Assembly: GCA_973895155.1 (NCBI GenBank)
Contig: OZ316895.1
Coordinates: 23,262,558-23,326,557 of the forward strand
Direction of reading: 5' to 3'
DNA length: 64,000 nucleotides
Source: Marsupella aquatica
Lineage: Eukaryota > Plantae > Marchantiophyta
In this document: positions 22,140 through 34,690 of the stretch, piece by piece
Layout of the letters: every line of letters starts with the position of its first letter
Position numbering within the stretch: position 1 is the first letter of the stretch
Program-made: the position numbers and the translations under genes
Notes under the pieces: generated by a model
Databases searched by the model: none
What the model saw: the letters and a program-made list of their open reading frames with translations, nothing else
What the model was told of the DNA's origin: nothing

Positions 22140-25100
22140 TGTGGGGAGAAATCAGATTAGGAAAAACACTTCAAACATACACGTGTTCAATAGTTACGTG
22201 GTTCGCCTCAAGGTTGGCTACGTCCACGGGAAGACCAAGCTTTATTAATGGTTATGTGTCTACTCATGCATCACCATAACTCTCATCTCTTCAAGCTCTC
22301 ATCTCTTGCTGTATCAATGTGTTCTCTCTTGAGAACTCTCTTGTATGTTCTCACACCACATACAAGTTGAAGAGATAAGGACCAATCTCTTCAACTAGGG
22401 TTTACTCTAACCCTAGTTAATATACTAACCATAGTTCAACCCAAGACTGAGTTAACCTCTACAAACTCCCCCTTGACTCACGTCTTGGGAGGGTTCATAA
22501 CATTGTCTTTTCCTTACAAATTCCTTCGTGGGAAGTTCAAGACAGTAGGGCCAAAAGACCCTCCCCCTAATGCAAGGGTTAACTAGAACTAAGCCGTAGC
22601 CGATAAGCCATTGGATGGAGTACTCATATAGAGACATTTTCTTGGTTAACTCTATATTTACAATATTTATAAATAATTACAATGCCTTGAAAACTTATTG
22701 GAGTCTAATACTTTGGTAAAAGCATCCGTTGGATTAAGCTTTCCATCAATCTTGACAAGCTCAAACTCATCATCCGATAATGCCTGTCGGATGAAATGAT
22801 AGCGGACATCAATGTGCTTTACCCTACCATCCATCACCTGATTCTTGGCAGTGTAAATTGCACTTTGACTGTCACAATGAAGATAGACACAATCTTGTGA
22901 TAAGCCCATCTCCGTGACAAGCTTTTTCAACCAAATGGTCTCTGATGCTACCGCTACATACTCGGCATCCATAGTAGACTTTGCAACACACTTTTGGAGA
23001 GTAGACTTCCAACTAATGCATCCACCAGCAAGTGTAAATACATATCCAGTTGTTGATCTCCTCTTATCCAGATCACCTGCGTAGTCTGCATCCACATAAC
23101 CTTGAAGCACTTTCATATTGTTTGAACTTGCATCAAACAATAAACCCTTCTTAGTGGAACCTCTGCTGTAGCGCAAAATCCATTTCACTGCTTCCCAATG
23201 AACTTTTCCTGGATTTGCCATGTATCTGCTTACCTTGCTAACGGCATAACCTATGTCTGGTCGGGTGCATACCATGAGATACATTAAACTATCCACAGCA
23301 CTTTCATAAGGAACTTTGGACATCAAAATTTTTTCTGTCGCATCCGATGGACAAAATGCTACAGAAATATTGAAATGCCTTGCCAAAGGAACACTCACAG
23401 CCTTAGCATCTGCCATGTTGAATTTTGAGAGTACCTTCTCTGCATATCTTTTCTGCGTCAGCCAAAGTTTGGCTTTGTTAACATCCCTGACAATCTCCAT
23501 GCCTAGGATCCTTTTGGTTGTGCCCAAATCCTTCATCTTAAACTCAGAACTGAGTTGGGCCTTAAGCTTATCAACTTCGCCCCTATCCTGTGCTGCAATG
23601 AGCATGTCATCCACATAAAGTACAAGCATGACAAGCTTAAAACCTGTGTTGTTCACACGCCTGATGTAAACACATGGATCGTACACGCTTCGCACAAATC
23701 CAAGCGATTTCAAAAATTCATCAAAATGCTTGTTCCACTGCCTTGGGCTCTGCTTTAATCCATACAAGGATTTTAGCAACCTGCATACCAAATTTTCCTT
23801 GCCCTTTTGCACAAAACCCTCTGGTTGCCTCATGTAAATCACCTCATCCAATGATCCATATAAGAATGCCGTGACAACATCCATTTGATCTAAAACCAGA
23901 TCAAATAAAACTACAAGAACACATAGCAAACGTATTGTTGAATACTTTGCTACGGGTGAAAAAACCTCATTGTAGTCTATACCTTTCTGTTGAGTAAAAC
24001 CCTTGGCTACCAACCGAGCCTTAAATATCTTCTCAGCATCCTCCGTGGGTCCATCTTTCTTCTTATACACCCACTTGTTGTCAATAGCCTGCTTGTCACT
24101 AGGTAGACTTGTAAGTTCCCAAGTCTTGTTATCATGAAGTGATTTCATTTCCATGCGCATCGCCACCTGCCACTGTTGCTTCTCCGTAGAAGCTAGGACC
24201 TCTCAAAATGAGGATGGATCTCCATCTCTTGTCACCAATGCATCAATAGATTCTTCATCCAAATCCACATGATCAGAAGGAAGCCAAGTTCCATACCTTT
24301 TCTGGGCTTGACGTTTACAAGTTCATCTTCGCACTGAAGACTCTGGCTGATCTGATTGTAGTGCGCTTTGCCTTATAGTAGTGTCAACATATTCTTCATT
24401 TGACACATCCTCTCCCCTTAAATCCTCTAGAGGAGGATATTGCTCGTTGTTAGTAGTAGGGAATTGACCTATCTCCCCCTCCTTCAATGATTTGTCTTCA
24501 TTGAAGGATACATCCCGACTAACAAGTAACTTGCAATCAACTGGATCCCACAATCGATATCCTTTAACGTCACGCTGATAACCAAGAAAAATGCATTTCT
24601 GGGCTCTAGGATCTAGTTTAGTCCTATTGTTGCTAGGAACATGTGCATATGCTTCACAGCCAAAACTTTAAGCTTTGAATAATCAGCAAATCGATTGTGC
24701 CATAGCTCAAAGGGGGTTTTGTAAGTAATTTCCCGACTAGGAGAGAGATTTACTAGATAAGCAGCTATGTTGACAGCTTTTGCCCAAAAGATTTGTGGCA
24801 ATTTAGAGTGGCTCAACATGCTCCTTGCTTGCTTCAACAATGTGCGGTTGAGTTGCTCAACAACACCATTTTGCTCAAGAGTGTACACAGTTGTGAGATG
24901 GTGAGTAATTTCTTTATTTGCACAATACGTGTTGAACTCGCCAGAGGTGTATTCACCACCATTATCTGATCGTAGATATCTCACATTCTTTGCAGTCTGT
25001 GTCTCAACTTGAGCTACCCATTGTTTGAAGATGGAAAGCACTTCAAACTTATGGGCAATGAAATAAATCCAAACAAACTTTGAGTAATCATCGATAAACG

Positions 25101-28097
25101 ATACATAGTATTGTTTGCCTGAATGTGAGGAAACCGGAGCAGGACCCCACACATCGGAATGAATATACTCAAGTACAACTTTAGAATGATGAATGGCAGT
25201 CGGAAATAGAGTTCTTGTTTTCTTGTCGACAATGCAATGATCACAAAAACTCAACTTGCATGCTTGCAATCCTGGTAGGAGATGTCGCTTGTGTAGGATT
25301 TCCAAACTTTTTTCACTCATGTGACCAAGCCGAGCATGCCATAAATTGATTTTCTCCTCCTGAGATGTGACCAAATTGACTTCGGCAAGAAGTGTGGTGC
25401 CTTTCAAGACATAGATGTTTCTTTTCTTCTTGCCAATAAAAATTTCAGTTGATCCATGTGTGACTGTTAACACCCCATCAATTGCACTCCATTGATAACC
25501 CTTCGCATCCAAGTAGCCAAGAGAAATCAAATTCTTACACATTTCTGGAATGTGTCTAAAATTTGATAGAGTACAGTACTTGCCACTGGGTAGTTGAATC
25601 TTTACGGATCCAATCCCTAAAACTTTGCAAGAATGATTATTTCCCATCAAAATAGATCCGTTGATAGGAGTGTAGGATGAGAAAAGTTCACGCATATAGC
25701 ACATGTGATACGAGCAAGCGGAATCCAAGATCCATTGACAATCCTCAACTTGGGAAGTGGTACACAATGAAAATCCTTCACTATCCTCTTCTCGAACAAC
25801 TACTTGGGCTGAAGAACCGACAACTTCCTTGAATGTGTCTTTGATGCGACAATCCTTCTTCATGTGGCCCACTTTGTCACACTTCCAACACTTTATCTCA
25901 CGAGTAGACTTGGATGTTGATTTGAATCGAGATCTAGATCTGGATCTAAACCTCCTCCTACCAAAAGATCGGTCGTGGAACCTTCCTCGCTCCATGGGAA
26001 GTGGGTTAAACCTTTTGTTTTCATAAGATGGCTCCCTTGATTTGCCTCTTTCTATCAACAGTGCTGTTGATGATGAGGTTGAGGTAGGATGAGCTGAAGA
26101 AATCAGCTTAGACTGCATGTCATCGATCAACTGGGCACTCACCACATCATTGTAGGATATAGTTGTCTTATCACAGAATAGAAGAACTCGAGACAAAGAT
26201 TGGTATGAAGGTGGTAGTGAGCTCAAGAGTTGTAAGGCTTTCTTTTCTTCGCTCAAATGCTCCCCCAAATTCTCTAGGTCAACCACAAGATCATTGAACT
26301 GATCGATATGATCTTGAATCTTGACTCCATCAGCCATTTTGAATTGCATGAGCTTCAGGCTTGCATACATTCGGTTTGACATCTCCTTCTTGTAGTACTT
26401 GTTGCACAATGCTTGAAACAAGTCCGTCACCGTTTGTGTTGCTTTTTCCTCGAACTGCTTCTTCACATGGTTTTTCAAGTACATGCCAACAATACTTACC
26501 GCTTGATCCTGGAGATCATGCCAATCATCATCTTCCATCTCCTTGGGTTGAGATCTTAGTACCTTGCCTAGGCCCATCGCCCTAAGTGCATCCCTCATGT
26601 TACGTTCCCACATTGTATAGTCCATCCGACCATCAAATTTTTCCACCTCAAACCTTTGACCTCCAATCCTAGTAGTCGCCATCGCTGGAATGCCAAATGT
26701 AGTGTGGAGTCGCCTTCCGACAAGAAATAAAAGTCGAATGCTCAGATGTGGGGTGTGAAAATAAGGCCAAAATTGAAAGTTGGTGAATTTTGAAACTGAT
26801 CACTCCTATGTGTAGCCCACAAGGTAACGCTCCGAATTCTGAAAACAGTTTATCAAATGGACTCTCGAGTGCCGAGAATTTTTACTCCGACCGGAGGGGG
26901 GTAAAAGATGAAATAATTACCCCTCGAGGGAATCTCTTATGCCAAAGATTCCACTAGTATACTTTTCAGAATTGAACGCACCAATACTTGCCTAGCTTCC
27001 CCAAGTACGCCTCTCCAAAGGTTGAAGTTGATCCGATTTTATTTGCCGCTCAGAGGCTTAAATTTCCGCGAGAAGATTCCGCGGCAAATAAAATTCCGTG
27101 GCAAATATTCCGCGGACGCGCGAGGAGGTAAAAATTTTATTTGTCGGGGAAGTCGCAACTACTCGCGGCAGAAAGTACCCCTTGACGGATTCACTTAAAT
27201 TCCCATCTCAGTTTTTGACGAAATCCAATTCTGATTTCAGATTCAGAAACTAGACTTCGAGGGCATCAAGATTGATATAAAGAACTCGCAAAACGGTGGA
27301 GTAACGAGGGAGAAACAATTCGGTGAAAGTGACTGATATTAAGTTATCCGCCATAGCCAAAATTTTGAGCTCAAAAAACGAGAATTGAAATTAAGATTGC
27401 TTCTCAACCGTTTGACGGAATTCAATGATGTTGATATCGAAATGTCTAGAAAGACAAAGGCGCTCAAGCGTATCTCAGTTTCAAGTCCCGATAGAACAAT
27501 CAAAAAGACTGATCTGAGAAATTGACCTTATCTCTTGCCCGATAACGTAAATTGAAAACCGTCACTTACAATTGTTTCCGTTTCTGACCTCAGGTCTTCA
27601 TTGCTTCACTGAAATGAGCCCCTGGTTGTGTGCTCCACACTTGTGAGAAGATTGAGTCCGATCTTCTTTCAATAGCTCCGCTTCGAAGAGGAAATCATCC
27701 GTTGTTTGCTTTGCTTGAAGCAAGTTCTATGGAGTTTCTAATCGACTGAAAAAACCTGAGCTCTGATACCAATTGTGGGGAGAAATCAGATCAGGAAAAA
27801 CACTCCAAACATACACGTGTTCAATAGTTACGTGGTTTGCCTCAAGGTTGGCTACGTCCACGGGAAGACCAAGTTTTATTAATGGTTATGTGTCTACTCA
27901 TGCATCACCATAGCTCTCATCTCTTCAAGCTCTCATCTCTTGCTGTATCACTGTGTTCTCTCTTGAGAACTCTCTTGTATGTTCTCACACCACATACAAG
28001 TTGAAGAGATAAGGACCAATCTCTTCAACTAGGGTTTACTCTAACCCTAGTTAATATACTAACCATAGTTCAACCCAAGACTGAGTTAACCTCTACA
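22140..28097 (-). mobile_element. Full-length Ty1/Copia LTR retrotransposon (Tnt1/Tork-like), inactivated
   Basis: LTRs 22140-22463 and 27774-28097 (324 bp each, TG...CA, 6 substitutions on manual comparison). TSD CAGCC (22135-22139, 28098-28102). PBS TGGTATCAGAGC (tRNA-iMet) at 27771-27760. PPT AAGGGGGAGTT at 22474-22464. Domain order gag-PR-INT-RT-RH. Confidence 0.98.
22667..26682 (-). pseudogene. Copia gag-pol polyprotein with one frameshift and two in-frame stops
   Basis: CCHC CWKCDKVGHMKKDC, PR WILDSACSYHM, INT WHARLGH..CDHC / DVWGP / IDDYS / SDNGGEY, RT MDVVTAFL and LYVDDML, RNase H DADYAGD. A 1-nt deletion in a T run at about 24662-24665 turns KVFGCEAY into KVLAVKH. TGA stops at 24325-24323 and 24205-24203 lie in the RT frame. 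Confidence 0.95.
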
Positions 28098-29467
28098 CAG
28101 CCCTCACCTTACTCGCCTTGCCTTGCCATCTGTGCCTTACCCTTGCTAATTGTGCAATGGACAGGTATTGGGCTTGGAATCAACTAAACTTATAGGAACT
28201 ATATTGATGTCTTTGCTATGCACCAATTCGGAGCATAGCAAAAGAGTCTCTGCGTGCAAGCAAGTTGAGACAGGATTGGGAACCTGGGTTACCCCACTAA
28301 CCCCGCCGCAATTCTTTGAAAGAAGTTTTTCATATCACCATAACACCATCAATCTGATACACAGGTGCCAAACTTTGATCCCGATAGAGTTCAGCACACG
28401 GCTAGTAAGCTGTAATACCATCGCAACACATCTCTAAGCATGGTTGCACAGACAAACAACTGGGATTTAATGTGTTTTACTTGACATTCCTACACCTAAT
28501 AACAATTTTTTTGCATTTCAAAAATTATATGTTTAACCTTAGATACACAGGATGGTCATGGCTGGGACCAGCATTTTTCTAGTGGAAAAGTCAAGCAAAG
28601 CTCCACCCGCACTGAAAAGTCTTTACCATATTTTTTTTAAATGTTGTTCTTTGTCTTTGCTTTGCCAGTAAGTTTCCCACCACCTTGCCACAGACCCCAC
28701 TGGCAAGAATCTGACGGCTGTCTTCAAATCTAGGCAAATCTAAGTGACGTAAATTAATAGAGTAAGACTAGATAAGCATTGTCTCCTTCACCCAAGCTAA
28801 CATTTATCACCTTGGCGAACAAGGAAAAACCTTAAAATTTATGCTGGTTGGGACCCGTGTTCTCACACTTCCAGGATATGTCCAAGGATGGTTTCCCATT
28901 TTACAAAAAGGAGTCTCTCGTGGTCAACGGTCAAGCCTAGTTCTTGGAACTTGTATTATAATAGCAGCGCCAGTATGCACATGTTATATATTCTTGTAGC
29001 AATTTAAATATAAATTGGAGAATGCATCCCTACAGTAGTTGTTTAGTTCCATTGCCTGCCCTTGCACCTCCATTGACACCAACATTTCTCTTTTAACAAC
29101 TTGAGATGACTATTGTGTGGTCACTAAGGGATCAATGGCCCTGGCATTATATGCTAAGAAACTAAGTTTCTGGTAAACTAATTGACATCTAACACAAATA
29201 GCCTGTTTTAAAATAGACATTATGTGCTTAACATTGACCATGTCTTCTTTTTTCTTACATTGACCATGTTGTTGGTGGGACCTTGGAAGTCATTGGTGGA
29301 GCTAGAGGTGATCATGTGCAATGGAGAGATTAACCCCTGGAGCAAAACATTTGAACTGTTCATTGCGTACTTTGAGCAAAGTATTATAAAGGCTATGAGC
29401 CCATATTCCTCACCATTTAAGTATCACTTTGTACATTGGATATTAAATATTTTGCAGTTTCAAGGAG

Positions 29468-29782
29468 TAAGTTGCTTTGTTGTCACAAAAAACACAGACA
29501 ATAAGCATCCACAACCCAAGGGATATACTTGATGGACCCCCAAATTGAAAGTGTTGTTTGTTGGACCCCCTGAGTGATCCAGGCGGTTCAGGGACTAAGT
29601 TGCTTTGTTGTCATCAAAGCACAGACAATTCGCATCCACAACCCGAGCGATAAACTTGATGGACCCCCCAAATTGAAAGTGTTGTTTGTTGGACCCCATG
29701 ATTGATCCAGACCGTTCATAGACCCTAAATTAACGTATTCAAAATCTCACGGGACCTCATGGGGTCCATCAACTATATCACC
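29468..29782. mobile_element. Degenerate MITE with tandemly duplicated left end, related to the 37516 MITE
   Basis: About 130-bp direct duplication (29468-29590 / 29597-29720). Inverted ends GATA(T/A)ACTTGATGGACCCC / GGGGTCCATCAACTATATC (29761-29779). Internal GATCCAGACCGTTCAT resembles GATCTGGACCGTTCAT at 37586. Confidence 0.6.
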
Positions 29783-30648
29783 TTGCAGGAGAAATATATA
29801 TACCAACATCCAGATATAGACACCTGGCTAAACTGCAGGTGTTAACATCTCTTGGCAGACTTAGGCGTTTCCGCAAAACTTGGAGGCTAGAAACCCACTT
29901 TTACATTGTGCCCGAAAAGATATTTGTGATAGCAGGCTCTAGTGGGAGCTGATTTTTAGCGACATCTCCATTTCGAGCCAAGGGAATTGGCTCTTTTTGG
30001 CCTCATCATAAGCAGCTTGGGACCACATTTCCAGCAAGTCTAACAGCTCTAGCTTTCATGAATAATTGAGAGTTATAAATTTCTAAAGATCATTCCCTTC
30101 ACTCACTGTCCACTTTAGACAGTTTATGTGCAGCTAACTTTGATATTTATTATCTCCTTTGATATCTGATGGAATCCTATTTTCTTGGGTTTGTTAGAAA
30201 TGGCTAGGAAAGATCTTTCCAACAAACCTGTATGGCCCAATTTCAATGAGAACTGAGAGAACTAAAAATTCTCAAAGAAGAGCTACAAATTTTCAGAGAT
30301 GAGGTCTCCTTCTCTTGCCACATTTCACTCATCTGTGTAATTTTTACCATACGAGCAAAAGGAGAGTTGTTCTGCAGTCCAGAAAAGAAGGGATGTATAA
30401 GTCAGAAATTGTATGACAAAAGACATTTATAGGGAAGGAGACAAAAGTAGATGATGAGCCACTCAAACTCTTTTCCAAATGACAAGAAAAATACATGTTC
30501 CAGGGAAGGAGAGGAGACATGCATAGGTCAGAAATATCATTACAAAAGTATTTTTCCAGGAACGTGGTCAGACGCCACTGATGAGCCACTCATAAGAAAA
30601 ATAAAATAGCTGGCCTTACCCAGTAAACGACAGTGCTGAGGGAGACTT

Positions 30649-31098
30649 TGACCTGCCCGTTCCTTGCCTTTCTCCCCAGATTCTCTGCCCGACCCTTTCC
30701 CTTTCGTGTGCAGTGCTGCCCTGCCCTGACCTGCCCGTTCCTTGCCTAACTCCCCGGATTCTCTGCCCGACCCTTTCCCTTTCGTGTGCAGTGCTGCCCT
30801 GCCCTGACCTGCCCGTTCCTTGCCTAACTCCCCGGATTCTCTGCCCGAACCTTTCCTTTTCTTGTGCAGTGCTGCCCACCACTTGCTGCCCTGCCTTGAC
30901 CTGCCCGTTCCTTGCCTATCTCCCCGGATTCTCTGCCCGAACCTTCCCTTTTCTTGTGCAGTGCTGCCCGTCACTTGGCTGCCCTGCCCGACCCTGCCCA
31001 TTCCTTGCCTTCCTCCCCGGATTCTCTGCCCGAACCTTTCCCTTTCTTGTACAGTGCTGCCCACCACTTGCTGCTCTGCCCGGCCCTGCCCGGCGCGG
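30649..31098. repeat. GC-rich minisatellite, 78/92-bp units, about 5.2 copies
   Basis: TGACCTGCCCGTTCCTTGCCT...CCCCGGATTCTCTGCCCGA(C/A)CCTTTCC...TGCAGTGCTGCCC starting at about 30649, 30727, 30805, 30897 and 30989, with a partial copy at 31081. This explains the repetitive ORFs in the track. Confidence 0.9.
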
Positions 31099-32479
31099 CA
31101 GGCTAGCACCAAAGCCCCACTGACCGTACGGTACTGAACAGGGGCGTCCACTGTACCTCGACTGGACCATAATTGGTGCTTTTTTTTGTCCCGGTAACAA
31201 GGAATAAAATAAAGTGTAGAGTACAGGAGGAGTACAGGAGGAGTCCAGTAAGTAATATATTGAGCGGGCTGCCCTGCTCTGCTGGTTCGCATCACGTCTC
31301 AACCAGGACCCCTCCCTTTCGCAACCCCTCTGGTCTGGTCTGGTCTCGATCGCCCTCACTGTCTTCCCGTGACCTCGCTCTTCACACTCCCCTTGTGATT
31401 GACTAGGAATCTTTACCCTTCTATGCAATTTACCCCATAGTGCACCCGGTTTTTTGTTTTCCTTCTTCTTCTTGAAAGGAATCCTTTACTCATGAGAAAA
31501 GTAAAATACCCTAAAAAACATGGAGTAAAAAGGCCAGATCAGAAAAGATCAAGGACCAAACAATCACCCAGAGATCAAATGCGTCCAATCCTGAGGACAA
31601 GGGTAAAACCAGTAACTAAAGTGGAATGTAACAACATGTCACCCACACTATAAAAAACCGAAAACGTAAATCCAAGGGCTAGCTCAGCCCCAAAGAACAG
31701 AGAGAGAAAACAACAATCACTGAATACTGAGCAACTGTCTCAAGGCGAAAATCCAATATGGACTAGCCATCTGCAAAGGAAGCAGAGAACCTAACATACT
31801 AACCACCTTGTCACACGACATAAAAACAAAAGTGGAACAAAGTGACCAAGGATCGAGAATTTAGGGAGGGTCAAAAGCCCAGAGAGGTTTGTAGTCTACA
31901 AGGAATTTGCCATCCTTCATACAATTCAGTCCCCGATATAGTCCACCCGGTTTTTGGTCTTGTGCTTGGGAGGTTTTTTCCCAAAGCAGACCCATCCAAC
32001 CTGCCTTGGGGGCCTCACTCCAAGAATGTCTCATATCATGCACAAAGTTTTAGATGATATAGGAACATTCAATTATTTTTTACTATTTTCCTCCCCTATT
32101 TTTACAAAAAGATGCGCTGAATATTTCCAAACTTGGTACTAAAAACACTTATAATTCTCATAATTTTTGGAATTAAATTGAAACACACCTAATGTTCTTG
32201 AACACAAATATTACATTCTCTTGCCCAATCAAATTTCAAAAAAGAAACCACACTTATTTGCGTAACATGGGTCAGAAGAAAAACAGTGAGGACCCCGGGC
32301 ATCCAACAGAGGGTAGATGATATAGGTTTTTTTTATCAATAGGAGTTTAGGTTTTGCTTGTTGTTGTGCAGGGTGGGCTTTTGCTAGGGACTCTTGGGAT
32401 CCTGCTTGGGATTTTTTAGCTATTTGGTCCTCCTAGGGTTGTACCTTGTTTTGTCCCCCTTGGTTGAGTCTCAACAATA

Positions 32480-34690
32480 GATAGAGTCTACAAATAAATC
32501 TATCAGAGAAGGTCATGAATTTAGACCTATCAGTAAAGGTCATGAAGTGTTTGGTGCAACTTTAGCAAAAGAATTGAAATAAAAAATTGTAAAAAAGTAA
32601 GTTATAGTGCATCCAATGAATTTCAAATAACCGCATTGGTGAACACCAGTGGAGGCAAAGAGAATTCAGGCACAAAGGCCAAGGCACACATCAACATAGT
32701 GCCACGACACCAAATCTCACATAGACCCAAGAACACCAAAAACACAGCCTCAAGCTGGTATTGGACCAGGGCAGACCAACCCAAACATGGACATGAAAGA
32801 AGCCACAACCAAATCCTGTGTCCTCACCGCCTACCCAGCAGATGACACTAAGGGCAGTCTTGCATGTGCTACAAAATTGACCCTTCATTCACTCATTTTC
32901 ACCTTATCATTGAGCGAGTGCTTCATGCCTGACCCATCTCCCTAGGCAGGCCTGACGGCAGCATTTGAGGAAATCTAAGGGCAAGGGCCGCAACTTTTTC
33001 AGCCCTTTCCTTCAAGACCTTCAAATTTTATAACAAACAAAGTACTTCACTTTACAAGAACAAATCACACATATAATTTTATAGGGATTTTGTATACAAG
33101 CAAAATCTACATTTTTCTTGCATGTTAGGGAATGTAGAGTGCCGGAATTCCAACTACTATCACATGCAAGACAGCCCCAAGCCAGGCTATAAAAAGTCCC
33201 AAAGTAACAACAATTGTTGTACAGGTTTTGGGACAATTTCTCATAGTGGCTCTCTTTGTCATTTCAGTGATTTCAGTCACCATCTGGTCCAAGATCCTGG
33301 CCTTTTGCACACTCATTGTATGTCAGAGTAGCATGAATGGTCACAACAACTCCATGAAAAATGATGTGGAAAGGGATTTGTTAACTTGAAACATGCATTA
33401 TCATCGCTCAATCCAGATGTCGCTAACCATCTTGCAAATGAGAAGGAGGAAGCCAGGGAATTTTGTGACTAAGTAGGAGTATCAATCTTCCCAAAGAACA
33501 AGCAGCTGACAACCTTGTTCAAACTGGTGTCCATGGCAAAGTCTTGTTCAAAATTAAAAAGCTTTAGCGCACCATCCTGCCTTGTACAATTCATAGAGTC
33601 TATAAAGAGTGCAGCGCATATATCTGCCAAAAGGTCATGCAGTTATAAACCTATCCATTAAGGTTATGAAATTTGTAGTGCAACTTTAGCAAAAGTTTCA
33701 CAAGGAATACCTATGGCATACCATTCTGCCTTTGCAATTGATAGAGTCTACAAATAGTGTAGCATATACATATATCCGTAACGGTCATGAAACTCAGTCT
33801 ACACCTATGCATAAAGGTGATGACATTTTTGGTGCAAATTTACCAAAACATTGAAAATGAGAAACTATGGCGCACCATTCTGGCTTTGGCGATTGGTAGT
33901 GTCTACAAAGAGACTAGCGTATAATATACACAGGTTATTGCCAAATAGCAAAATTCAAAATGCCAAACTGGGAGACAAGATCCCATAGGCAAGAGACCCA
34001 AAAAAGCTTTCCAATGAAACCACAAAACAACCTTTTTTAATAGATCTGTGGTATCAAATAGTACATTGCAAAAAGTTGGATTGAGTTTTCCAGACAATTG
34101 CAACTGTTCAAAGTTATTTAGTCTCAAAATGTTTTACACATCTGACTTGTTCATAGTTATACAGTCCACACTCCACTTGTGATGATTTGGACTCGTACTG
34201 GACTCACTCCCACTCTCCTTTAGCATGTGCTAGCATTGGAAAGGCTTTTGTGGGTTTTGGCTTTGTATTTCTGAGAGCATGTTTTAAGATGCATACGCTT
34301 TGAGTGAATTTTGCAATGACCCGTCAATCTAGGCATATGTAGTTCAAAGTACAAATTAATTATTATACAAAACTAAAATGGCCCAAAAGACTGGTATTTC
34401 AATTTATTCTTTGTTTACACACTTAATTGCATGACCTTAACTCCATCTTTTCTTATTTGTTGTTTCTCAGAAAACTCACTAAAGCTCACAAGCATTGATG
34501 TTCCCTCTAAGTTGTGCTAAAGCCCTTGTTATGGGGGCATTATTTCCCACAATGCCCTCTAACCAGGAAGTTACCCTATTCATTTTGTCCTTTGAGATTA
34601 ATAGAGTCTACAAAGATAAGTACTGTAGCATATATACGTGTATACATCGCACTCCCAAAGAGCAAAAATGCCACACTACGAGAAAAAATC
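32480..34690. repeat. Dispersed and tandem degenerate ~150-bp repeat family
   Basis: ATAGAGTCTA(C/T)AAA recurs at about 32481, 33593, 33741, 33896 and 34601. Several copies continue AAGGT(C/T)ATGA...GTGCAA(C/A)TTTA(G/C)CAAAA and CACCAT(T/C)CTG. Confidence 0.65.

Noticed and set aside
30540-31428. Long ORFs (251, 170, 136 aa) on both strands
   Set aside because: They arise from the stop-poor 78/92-bp minisatellite; the translations are repetitive and have no domain.
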